Below are positions 18,429 to 27,800 of a stretch of DNA of 50,662 bases, one piece after another. The notes under the pieces were generated by a model. The model saw only the letters and a program-made list of their open reading frames with translations. It was not told the DNA's origin and searched no databases. Position numbers and translations under genes: made by a program. The stretch is from Oscillospiraceae bacterium (GTDB lineage: Bacteria > Bacillota > Clostridia > Oscillospirales > CAG-272), in contig WREN01000001.1 in the NCBI GenBank assembly GCA_009779295.1, positions 1 to 50,662 on the forward strand, in the 5' to 3' direction. Position 1 is the first letter of the stretch; each line of letters opens with the position of its first letter.

Positions 18429-21268
18429 ACCGGAACCGAAAAAAATATACGGCGCGCGGAAGGGTAACGCAGCAAATGACGCGGGATGGGCTCGTTCAGC
18501 GTAACGAAGCCACGGGCGAAAAAACCAAACTCAGTAAACGGGAAGCGGAATTTGATATACACGGTAACCCGCCGGAGTTTGCTATACTCTTAAAATCTGT
18601 AAACAAGCAAAAAAGTAAAATTGATAAACGGAAAATATATAAACAAACGTACCGGCAGTATCAAGAACGACGGGAAGCGAAAGAACCGGCAATTCAACAT
18701 GAACCGCCCAAGCCTGATATGCCGGCTACACAAACAAATGAAACGGCGGGTGGCAAATCATTGGTAAAATCCACGCAACCCGCCGTTTCTCCCGTGCCGG
18801 AGATACGGCAACTGGAGCTGCCTGAAATACCGATGAACTCTCAAAATGACAAAAATAAATTCAAGGTACGGAAAACCACGTCTTACCGCCATAGCAAAAC
18901 TTCTGTTTTACAGGAAAAACCCGTAGTTCTACAGCACGAAACAGAGTCAGAACCAACGTTCAAACATGAACCCGGCGAACCGGTAACGGAACTTCCGGTT
19001 TCAACGAAAACGGCGGACAAACCGCGCATAAAAAAGAAAACACGTAAAAAAAGAGTATATCGGCATAAAAAACTCGGTACATTACATCGTGAAGCGCCGA
19101 CAGCGGAACCCCCGTCCAACGAAATTAAATCATTGCCTGCCGCCTTTATTGTCCCGCCGGAAATACGGAAACAACAACCGGAAACACCTGAAATGTCGCT
19201 GAACCCTCAAAATTATCAGGGACACCCAATAACTGAAGCGGAAACGGAACGCGTATCAAGTACGCAAAACGCAAATAAAAAAAGCGTAAACCGTCATAAT
19301 GAACCGGACAAGTTAAAGCAACGTAATCCTTCAACCACAGAAGACGTTGGTTCAAAACCTGTTGAAACCGTTATTTCGTCAGCACCCGAACGATCCGTGA
19401 AAGCCGATACATCGAAAAAATCAAACGAAAAAGTAAAAACAGACAAACCGCAAACCGATCCGAAAGCCGATGATGCCGAAGAAATCACGAAACCGGAACC
19501 AAACGGCGACGAAACAGAAGTTCCGGCAGAAACAAAACCGCCGCCTGATGAAACCAAACCAATGGCCGGAACCGATATGCCGGAATCCGCGCCGGGCAGC
19601 AAAAAGAACGATAAACTGCGGTTTACCGAAGACGAAACCGCGCCGGAAAATCCTACAAACCGCAAACTCGCCAAAGCCGAAAAGAAATACAAGCGGACAA
19701 ACGGCAAACTGGAAAAGGCGCGGGGCAAACTGCCAGCCAAACGCAAGCTGCGTTCACAGCGCGTCTTTAACGAAGAAACCGGAAAAGCAAAAAATAAGCT
19801 GTACTTTGAAAGAGAAGTCAAAACGCAAAAAGAACATCTTCAAGGCGCGCTGCCGCTCCGCCCCGTCAAAGCCGGAGCAAACGCATTGATTATCCACGGA
19901 CACCGCAAATTGTATGAAGTAGAAAATGAAAACGTCGGTGTCAAAGCAGGACACAGGGGCGAAATGATCGCCGAAAGTGGGCTACGCAAGGCTTACCGTC
20001 TGCACAAGACTGCGCCGTACCGCAAGGTTGCGAAACTGGAGCACAAAACGATGAAGAAGCGGATCAACCTGACGTATCAGCAAACGCTCTATAAAAATCC
20101 CCAATTGAAAAGCAATATGTTTTCGCGTATGCGGCAGAAACATAAAATCAAGAAAGATTACGCGAAAAAAACGCGTGAGGCGCAAAAAGCGGCGAAAAAC
20201 ATAAAAAAAGCAGCCGAAAAAACGGGTAAAGCGGCGGCGGCAGTAGGTAAGTTTGTCGTCAGGCACCCGGTTATTTCAATAATCCTGCTCCTTTTCAACC
20301 TGCTCATACTCGTAATGCTGTCTATGTGCGGTACCATCGGCGGACTCGCCGGGGGCGGGTTAGGCGGCATACTCAACGCTGTATACCTCGCTGATGACGC
20401 GGATATTGAAATTGCCGGGCTTGCTTATTCCGAATGGGAAACGGATTTAAGGCTCGAAATTGTAAACACCGAGGTAAACCGTCCCGGATACGACGAATAC
20501 CGCTACACTATCGGAAATATTGGGCACGATCCCCTCGCTCTGATGGCATATCTTACAGCCGTGTATCAGGATTTCAATTATGACGATATAGAGCCCGTAT
20601 TGTGGGATTTATTCGGCGAACAATACGAACTGGAATTTACAGAGAGCGTTGAACTCCGGCACAGAACGGAAATCCGTTGGGACTACTATATAGACGATGA
20701 CGGTGAAGAAGTATGGTATAGTTACGAAATTGACGTGCTTTACGATTGGTATATCCTCACGGTAACGCTCACATCGCGCCCGTTCGCAAACGTCATATTG
20801 CCGTTGATGGACGATGGGCAGCTACAGCATTACAGCGTCCTCATGGAAACACGCGGCGGCAGGCAATACGCAGGTAATCCGTTTGAGTTTGACATAATGC
20901 CATACATATCAAGTTATTACGGCTACCGCATACACCCTATCACCGGCGCGAAAGACCTGCATAGAGGTATAGACATAGCTGTTCCGGCAGGCACGGAGAT
21001 ACGCTCGGCACAGGACGGACAGGTCACGTTCGCGGAGTATCTCAGCAGTTACGGCAACGTAGTAGTAATAGAGGACGAAACCGGGCTTGTGACGAAATAC
21101 GCCCATTGCGATACCCTGCTTGTCAGCGCCGGACAGACAGTGAATATGGGCGAATTCATAGCCACGGTAGGCAGCACCGGCGATTCAACGGGGCCGCACC
21201 TTCATTTTGAAGTGCTGAAAGACGGGCAATACCTCGACCCGCTCCTATTCGCCTATACCGGCGGATAA
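18425..21268 (+). CDS. membrane-anchored M23-family peptidoglycan hydrolase (T4SS cell-wall hydrolase)
   Basis: The C-terminal HRGIDIAVPAGTEI...YAHCD...GSTGDSTGPHLHFEV matches the M23 HxxxD/HxH motifs. There is a TM segment ISIILLLFNLLILVMLSMCG and a long basic low-complexity N-terminus. Confidence 0.85.
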   Translation: MNRNRKKYTARGRVTQQMTRDGLVQRNEATGEKTKLSKREAEFDIHGNPPEFAILLKSVNKQKSKIDKRKIYKQTYRQYQERREAKEPAIQHEPPKPDMPATQTNETAGGKSLVKSTQPAVSPVPEIRQLELPEIPMNSQNDKNKFKVRKTTSYRHSKTSVLQEKPVVLQHETESEPTFKHEPGEPVTELPVSTKTADKPRIKKKTRKKRVYRHKKLGTLHREAPTAEPPSNEIKSLPAAFIVPPEIRKQQPETPEMSLNPQNYQGHPITEAETERVSSTQNANKKSVNRHNEPDKLKQRNPSTTEDVGSKPVETVISSAPERSVKADTSKKSNEKVKTDKPQTDPKADDAEEITKPEPNGDETEVPAETKPPPDETKPMAGTDMPESAPGSKKNDKLRFTEDETAPENPTNRKLAKAEKKYKRTNGKLEKARGKLPAKRKLRSQRVFNEETGKAKNKLYFEREVKTQKEHLQGALPLRPVKAGANALIIHGHRKLYEVENENVGVKAGHRGEMIAESGLRKAYRLHKTAPYRKVAKLEHKTMKKRINLTYQQTLYKNPQLKSNMFSRMRQKHKIKKDYAKKTREAQKAAKNIKKAAEKTGKAAAAVGKFVVRHPVISIILLLFNLLILVMLSMCGTIGGLAGGGLGGILNAVYLADDADIEIAGLAYSEWETDLRLEIVNTEVNRPGYDEYRYTIGNIGHDPLALMAYLTAVYQDFNYDDIEPVLWDLFGEQYELEFTESVELRHRTEIRWDYYIDDDGEEVWYSYEIDVLYDWYILTVTLTSRPFANVILPLMDDGQLQHYSVLMETRGGRQYAGNPFEFDIMPYISSYYGYRIHPITGAKDLHRGIDIAVPAGTEIRSAQDGQVTFAEYLSSYGNVVVIEDETGLVTKYAHCDTLLVSAGQTVNMGEFIATVGSTGDSTGPHLHFEVLKDGQYLDPLLFAYTGG

Positions 21269-21317
21269 AATATCTATCAAACAATATATCATATATATGG
21301 AAGGAAGAAAACAATAA

Positions 21318-22025
21318 ATGGTTAATCGGAAGTTAATAAAAATCAAGCTGGCCGTGTTTCTGACGCTTATACCGTTGTGTATGGGCTTTTTATGTACCGC
21401 GGTTTTCGCGCAGGACGAAGTGGAAGATTCCGATTTCGTTGAAAGTGAACTCGAAACGTATGAGGAAACGCCTGACGATACACCGTCTGAGTCGGAATCG
21501 GCAATACCGGAGGGGAGCGGATTCCGTCCGTTTACGCCATCCGGCACGGGCACGGTGATTGACAACGCCATAGACGGTGACGGCAAGGAGTTCTACACGG
21601 TCAAGACCGAGGAAGGAAACATATTTTACCTCATAATCGACCGTCAGAAAAACACACAAAACGTATATTTCCTGAACGCCGTTACCGAGGAAGATTTGAT
21701 GGCGTTCGTTGAAAAGACCGATAAAACAACAACAACCGGAACGAGCGCGATACCGCCAACCGGTAAAACGGGTACGAACGGGCAAGACCCTCCAGTGACG
21801 CCTGAACCTGAAACAGAAAAGACGCCGGGCAATAACGCCGTATATATACTACTCGTCATAGCTGTCGCGGCGGCAGGCGGCGCGCTGTACTATTTTAAAA
21901 TAGTCAAAAGCAAAAAGAACAAGACTGATACTGACGAGAATGACGGCAGCGACGAAAACGATGATGAATATGGCTACGAAGGCGAAACAGACGAATACGA
22001 TGATGAAATGGAGGAACTCGAATGA
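21318..22025 (+). CDS. DUF4366-family (CD1107-type) secreted/anchored conjugation protein
   Basis: Signal peptide, FTPSGTGTVIDNAIDGDGKEFYTVKTEEGNIFYLIIDRQKNTQNVYFLNAVTEEDL, C-terminal TM and an acidic tail. Confidence 0.8.
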   Translation: MVNRKLIKIKLAVFLTLIPLCMGFLCTAVFAQDEVEDSDFVESELETYEETPDDTPSESESAIPEGSGFRPFTPSGTGTVIDNAIDGDGKEFYTVKTEEGNIFYLIIDRQKNTQNVYFLNAVTEEDLMAFVEKTDKTTTTGTSAIPPTGKTGTNGQDPPVTPEPETEKTPGNNAVYILLVIAVAAAGGALYYFKIVKSKKNKTDTDENDGSDENDDEYGYEGETDEYDDEMEELE

Positions 22026-22126
22026 ATAAACGCATAATAATAGCGTCTACCGGAACAGTGCTGTTCTTGATGGCTGTCATGATTGTTGTCAAGGCGATAT
22101 GTATAAAACGCGGTAATAGCGGTTGA
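22022..22126 (+). CDS. possible 34-aa single-pass membrane peptide
   Basis: ATGA overlap with the upstream stop. The product MNKRIIIASTGTVLFLMAVMIVVKAICIKRGNSG has one clear TM helix. It is below the track cut-off. Confidence 0.4.
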   Translation: MNKRIIIASTGTVLFLMAVMIVVKAICIKRGNSG

Positions 22127-22176
22127 CAAAATGACGTATGAAGAAATCACAAAGCGCATGGAGGTGACGTAAAAGA

Positions 22177-24612
22177 ATGACAAACACATCGAAAGTCAAA
22201 GAGATAGTAGCAAAACTGGAACAGGGCGTAAAAGACCTGTTCATCAGCGGGCGGTACGCGGAATATTTAAAAACCCTGTCTAATCTCCATAAATACAGCA
22301 CACGGAACATCATGCTCATCCATATGCAGAGAGCGGACGCGACGTTTGTCGCCGGGTATAAGGCGTGGCAGACAAAATACAGACGTCACATAAAAAAAGG
22401 TGAAAAGGCAATGGATATACTCGCCCCCATACCATTTACCAAACGCGAGGAGAAGGAAAAGCTCGACCCTGACACCAAGCTGCCGATAATCGGCGAGGAC
22501 GGTCTGCCCGTTATCGAATATACCGAACGGCAGTTAGCGAAATTCACGGTAGTACAGGTGTATGACGTGTTACAGACGGACGGTAAAGCAATGCCGACGA
22601 TGAAACTTACTCAAGACCTGAAAGGAAATGTGGAACAGTACGCGGCGTTCATGGACGCGCTACGCGCCGTATCACCCCTGCCTATCATGTTCGAGGCGAT
22701 GCCGGAAAACATGGACGGCGAGTGCCGTTTCGGTGACAATATAGCGATCCGGGCAGGAATGAGCGAGATACAGACAGTAAGTGCGCTCATACATGAAATA
22801 ACCCACGCAAAGCTGCACGATTTATCGCTTTTGGTTGACAATGAAGGCAACGCTGTAACCAAAGACCGTCGCACAGAGGAAGTAGAGGCCGAATCCGTTT
22901 CATACGCGGTATGCCAGTATTTCGGAATAGAAACGGGCGCGAACAGTTTCGGATACCTCGCTGAATGGAGCAACAACCGGGAATTGAAAGAACTCAACGC
23001 TTCGCTTGAAACAATACGCAAAACGGCGGCTGACCTGATAGACGCCATTGACGGGAAATTCCGTGAAATCGCCAAAGAACGCGACATAAACTTTGTCATC
23101 GGCGAAGCGCAGGGTGAATTAGAGGAAACGAAATTATCCACTATGGAACAGGCTCCTGTTCCGGTACAGAAATCCGATGACGATAAAAAGCAAACCGAAA
23201 CCACAGTCGAACATAGCAATTATATAAGATTCGCTGAGTTGTTCCCTCAAACGGCAAGCGGCGAATACAGTTACCTGCGGCTTGAAGCGGGGGGCGGTTT
23301 TGAACCGCTGTCTCTTGAATGGATCGGCGAAAATCGAATATCCGTTATGCACACATATACGCTGAACGGCGACCTGTGCTATGACCCGATGGTCGTGTTT
23401 GAGGTAAACAAAGAAGCGGGAACGATGACCGCTGTGGAGTTTGAGCAAAGCATACCGCCGCTGTATCAAGTTGTGGACGAGGACGGAAACGGACGCAGTG
23501 TTGACGGCAACGGGCGGGAAATCAACGTCAGGAGATTGCAGGCGTCGATAAACGAATTTACCGAACAATGGCTTAAAAACATAAGCGGGCAGGGATATTT
23601 ACCGGTGATAGCGACAATGGAAATACATGACGAGGACACGCGGATAAATTTTGACGCGGACGGCAACCCAATAACACCGGAATCCGAAAAAGACGCCGGA
23701 AAAACAGAAATATTTAATGAAACAGAATCGGACGGCAACCCGTCAGAACCGGAATTGACATTACCCGACCCATCCATCAGTTATTCCGAAATGAATCTGT
23801 ACGGCTATGCATGGAAGGGGATACTCCCGCTTACGCAGAGCCGCGCAACGGAACTGTTCGACGCCGACCACACCGTTTATCTGCTCTACCCGGACAATAC
23901 CGAGGCCATGATATTTGACCGCAGCGAAATAGTGAACCACGACGGTATATTCGGTATTGAGCAGTCGGAATGGGTAACGTCGCCGGAATACGCGGCGACG
24001 AAAGCCGAAACAAAGAACCGCGAGGGCAGCCGCGAAGCGGAATTGCTCTACGGAAGCGGCAACAAATTCGGGATTTATCAGATAAAAGACGAAGCCGGTT
24101 TGCGTGATTACCGTTTCGTATCAACAGAAGAACTCCGGGAACAGGGTCTGGAAGTTGTAAGGGAAAACTATGAACTTGTATACGCGGCAGCCTTTGATGA
24201 ACGGATCGAACAGCCAAAAGACGTATATCCTGTTCTTAATAAACTGTATGAAACATTCAATATATCTCACCCCGAAGATTACACAGGGCGTTCTGTTTCG
24301 GTCAGCGACGTTATCGTACTGAAATATGATAACAATATTTCGTCGCACTACGTTGACAACGCTGGATTTACCAGGCTTGCAGGTTTCCTCGGAGATGAAA
24401 AGCAACCGGTATTGATCGTTGATAAAAATTTGCCCGACAAAGTATCGAATCCGCCTGAAGTCTATTTCCAATATGGGAACAAACCGGGCGACGAACGGCC
24501 TGCCGTCCCGAAAGGTAAACCGTCTCTAATGGAGCGGCTTGCTGAAAACAAAATAAAGGCGGAGCGTCAGGGGCAGCCCGACACGCAAAAACCAAATGAA
24601 CGGGAGGTGTAG
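22177..24612 (+). CDS. ArdC-like anti-restriction protein: ssDNA-binding N-domain, HExxH zincin domain and YodL-like domain
   Basis: YSTRNIMLIHMQRADATFVAGYKAWQ...GEKAMDILAP (ArdC-N/DUF1738 type), ALIHEITHAKLHD (HExxH), and the C-terminal FGIYQIKDEAGLRDYRF...VSVSDVIVL (YodL-like). Confidence 0.8.
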   Translation: MTNTSKVKEIVAKLEQGVKDLFISGRYAEYLKTLSNLHKYSTRNIMLIHMQRADATFVAGYKAWQTKYRRHIKKGEKAMDILAPIPFTKREEKEKLDPDTKLPIIGEDGLPVIEYTERQLAKFTVVQVYDVLQTDGKAMPTMKLTQDLKGNVEQYAAFMDALRAVSPLPIMFEAMPENMDGECRFGDNIAIRAGMSEIQTVSALIHEITHAKLHDLSLLVDNEGNAVTKDRRTEEVEAESVSYAVCQYFGIETGANSFGYLAEWSNNRELKELNASLETIRKTAADLIDAIDGKFREIAKERDINFVIGEAQGELEETKLSTMEQAPVPVQKSDDDKKQTETTVEHSNYIRFAELFPQTASGEYSYLRLEAGGGFEPLSLEWIGENRISVMHTYTLNGDLCYDPMVVFEVNKEAGTMTAVEFEQSIPPLYQVVDEDGNGRSVDGNGREINVRRLQASINEFTEQWLKNISGQGYLPVIATMEIHDEDTRINFDADGNPITPESEKDAGKTEIFNETESDGNPSEPELTLPDPSISYSEMNLYGYAWKGILPLTQSRATELFDADHTVYLLYPDNTEAMIFDRSEIVNHDGIFGIEQSEWVTSPEYAATKAETKNREGSREAELLYGSGNKFGIYQIKDEAGLRDYRFVSTEELREQGLEVVRENYELVYAAAFDERIEQPKDVYPVLNKLYETFNISHPEDYTGRSVSVSDVIVLKYDNNISSHYVDNAGFTRLAGFLGDEKQPVLIVDKNLPDKVSNPPEVYFQYGNKPGDERPAVPKGKPSLMERLAENKIKAERQGQPDTQKPNEREV

Positions 24613-24615
24613 TTT

Positions 24616-24846
24616 ATGGATAACGATATTTTTACCGTAGAAGAAGAAAACTTTTTATGTATATTTGACATAAGCGGGCGCGGCGCGCTGATACAAGACA
24701 TTGCCGCCGCTGTGCCCTATTTCGATGACCCGGAAATGCGCGTGATCGCGGAAACCATCCTGCGTAAATTAGACGGTATGACCGACGCGGAATTTTCCGC
24801 ACTTATCTTCTCCCCCATATATTACAATGATGAAACCGAGGTGTAA
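24616..24846 (+). CDS. transposon-transfer assisting (TTRAP) family protein
   Basis: FTVEEENFLCIFDISGRGALIQDIAAAVPYFDDPEMRVIAETILRKLDGMTDAEF is typical of this small family. Confidence 0.75.
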   Translation: MDNDIFTVEEENFLCIFDISGRGALIQDIAAAVPYFDDPEMRVIAETILRKLDGMTDAEFSALIFSPIYYNDETEV

Positions 24847-24852
24847 CACCTG

Positions 24853-27800
24853 ATGGCAACAAAACTGCAATTCTACTCTGTCGTAGCGGAACGCGCGGCA
24901 AAAGAAGTCATAGCCGGAAGTGAAAACTGGCAGAGTTTCCTTACCGTTGCCGCGCGTCTGTATAAATACCCGTTTCCAGATCAGCTATTGATCTACGCGC
25001 AGCGTCCAGACGCCATCGCCTGCGCTCCTATAGAAACATGGAACGAAAGCTTCAATAGGTGGGTGCGGCGAGGCTCGAAAGGCATCGCGCTCATCGACGA
25101 CAGCGGCGACCGCCCGCATCTCAGATACGTTTTTGACGTTTCCGATACCGAGCCGTCACAGTACCGTTCACGCCCCGTGCAATTGTGGGAAATGCGGCAG
25201 GAACACAGGGAGCCGGTACTGGAATACCTGTCCGGCATTTATGACGATTTGGGCGACACACTCGCGGATTCGTTCCGCAGCATTGCCAGGCAGCTTGCCC
25301 GCGAGTATTATATAGATAACGCAAGCGAAATACGCTACCGCGCGGAGGACAGCTTCCTTGAAGATTTCGATGATTTCAACTTCGGAGTCGCTTTTGAGGG
25401 AGCGCTGACCAACAGCGTCGCGTATACCCTTATGTCACGCTGCGGGTTTGATACTTCCGACTATTTCGATGACGACGATTTCCGGTATATTTATGAATTT
25501 AACACCCCTGACATGGTATACGCGCTCGGAACGGCGGCAGGCGAACTCTCGCAGCAAGTCTTGCGCGATATAGAACTCGTAATAAAAAAATATGAGCGGC
25601 AGCAAGCCGCCGAAAGGAGTGTAACAAATGAACGAACCCAAGATGAACGACAATCGCCTGACATACTCCCTGAACGGGGATTATCTTCTTCCCGACCTGA
25701 TACTGGACGAACCGCCGGAATTGGCGGAACCGTTAGGCAGGTACGCGAGGATACGCAAAGCGTATCTGAAGGAAAACCGGACGATGACCTACAATACGAT
25801 GCTGCTGAAGGAAACGTTGTTTCCGCATCTGCGGGAAACGGAGGAACTGGCGACCGCGAGGTTGAAACAGGTAATGAAGATATTGATGTCACGGGACAGC
25901 CTGCCCGACAAAGCGGACGATCCGATGGGCTGGACGGCGGCGATGAACGCCCTGAAGGCACAGGCGGAGGAACTGGTACTGAACGAATTGGTCTACGCTT
26001 AGAAAACCAAACCTATTCCCAAGTTGGGAATAGCGCCATATCAGAAACGTTATCAACCTCGTCCGTTACATTGGACGAGGTTGATTCCATTCTGCGGGAC
26101 GGGGGCAACGAAAAGAACAGTGTACTGCGTATCGCGGCGTATTTCGCAAAGGATATGGCACAGGTGGAAAACGCCGATTTTTTGCGCCGTGAGTATTTAT
26201 TGGGACAATGGGGCCGTAATTTTGAATCCGGCGGTAAGGGCTATCAATTCGGTTCGCGGCAGACCTCCGTATGGTTCAACGAGGACGGCATACGGATAGG
26301 GCGCGGCAAATCAGCGAAACTCGCGACGGATTACGCGCTCATCACATGGGAACAGACCGCCGAGCGCGTCAAGCAGCTATACGACGCGGGTATGTACGTT
26401 TCCCATGATGTTCTCGACGAAGCCCTGTACAACGAAAGTATGGAACGCGCGGATGACGTCAAGGAAATATACAGTAATATTTCGCGCGGACTTAACGACA
26501 TTCAATATGAGTTGAAAAAAGCCATGACCAAAGAGCAACAGGAAACGGTCAAAGACGATTGGAAAATCCGCCGTTACCTGATCCGCGGCCTGACAGAACT
26601 CGGCAATACGGCGGAAAAAGCGTTATTCGGCGAAGCAAAAGTGTCAACTGACGAAATTATGCGGTTATACAACGAAACGTTCCGGTTATCGGAGGAAATA
26701 CCGCAGGAATGGGAGTTCGGCGGCAGCCATACGGAAACAGTAGAAATAATTGCTGAACTGCTGCGCGACAAGGGGACAATTAGCGGAAATGAAATCAGGC
26801 AGGGTATCGGATACAACGAATTGAGCGAATACAATATAATACTGACCCGGCTGCGTGAGGATCTTTCCGCATTTGAAGCCGAGCCTGACGCACCCATACA
26901 TTTTTATCGGAATCCACACCGCGTGTTGAGTGATCTCGAAAAAGCCGGATTACCTGTTTATGGTTTTCCCGCCGCGGAATATACGCCGACGGGCTATACA
27001 CGGTTCATAACCGACGACGAAGTTGACCGGTATCTTACCGGCGGCAGTCACTACAACGAAAGCAAACTACGCATACTGTCGAATTTCCTCCACGACCATA
27101 CGCCCAAAGAACAGCAGGATTTTTTGAAAAACGAATACGGGCACGGAGGCGGCTCATGGGTAGACGGCGGTTGGTACGGAGCGGATCCGGGCAAAGGCAT
27201 AACGCTCAAACGTTCCGGCTGCGATGACGTCAACCTGAACTGGAACCAGGCGGCGCGCAGGATAGAAAACCTTATACGCGGCGGGCGGTATATCTCACGC
27301 GATGAACTTGGCCGTATATTCAATTATGAGCGTCTGATGCTCGCGCGGAGTATAAATAACTTCTATTACAATATGCCCGACGAATATCAGCGCCCGTTCG
27401 CAAAAGAATTAGACTTTTACAATCCAAAAGAGGACGAATGGGCGGCGCTCAACGGGCTGCTATATGATCCGGAAAAGATCGACGCCCTGCTCGGCGAAAT
27501 GCGGCGCATCTATGATAACACGCCGGAAGAGGACAGGTATTACGAAAACCGAAAAACAGGCTATGAACGGCTAACGGCGTTCCGCGACGGGCGGTACACG
27601 CTCTTTCCCGGACTTGAAACCCTGCCAGACCCCGATGCAACCGCAACGCGCCCGCAAACGCAAATACCGTTCGCGCCGTTTGTTCCGCCATCGGCAGTAC
27701 AGAACGAACAACTCACGTTTTTCGATTTTGAACAGCCGCCATTACTGACAAGCGTAGAGGAACAGCAGGCTATATTAGAAAAAGCGGCGGAAACATCAGC

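Noticed and set aside
18700-19300. Imperfect internal repeat in the M23 hydrolase N-terminus (PEIRQLELPEIPMNSQNDKN and PEIRKQQPETPEMSLNPQNYQ)
   Set aside because: The repeat is real but lies within a long basic low-complexity linker. I could attach no specific functional inference, so it is not raised as a finding.
26024-26299. A second alternate-frame ORF (91 aa) inside the polyvalent gene, just after the TnpV-like ORF
   Set aside because: It has no SD, and the translation is Arg/Trp/Cys-rich with no family resemblance. Unlike the TnpV-frame ORF, it looks like chance.
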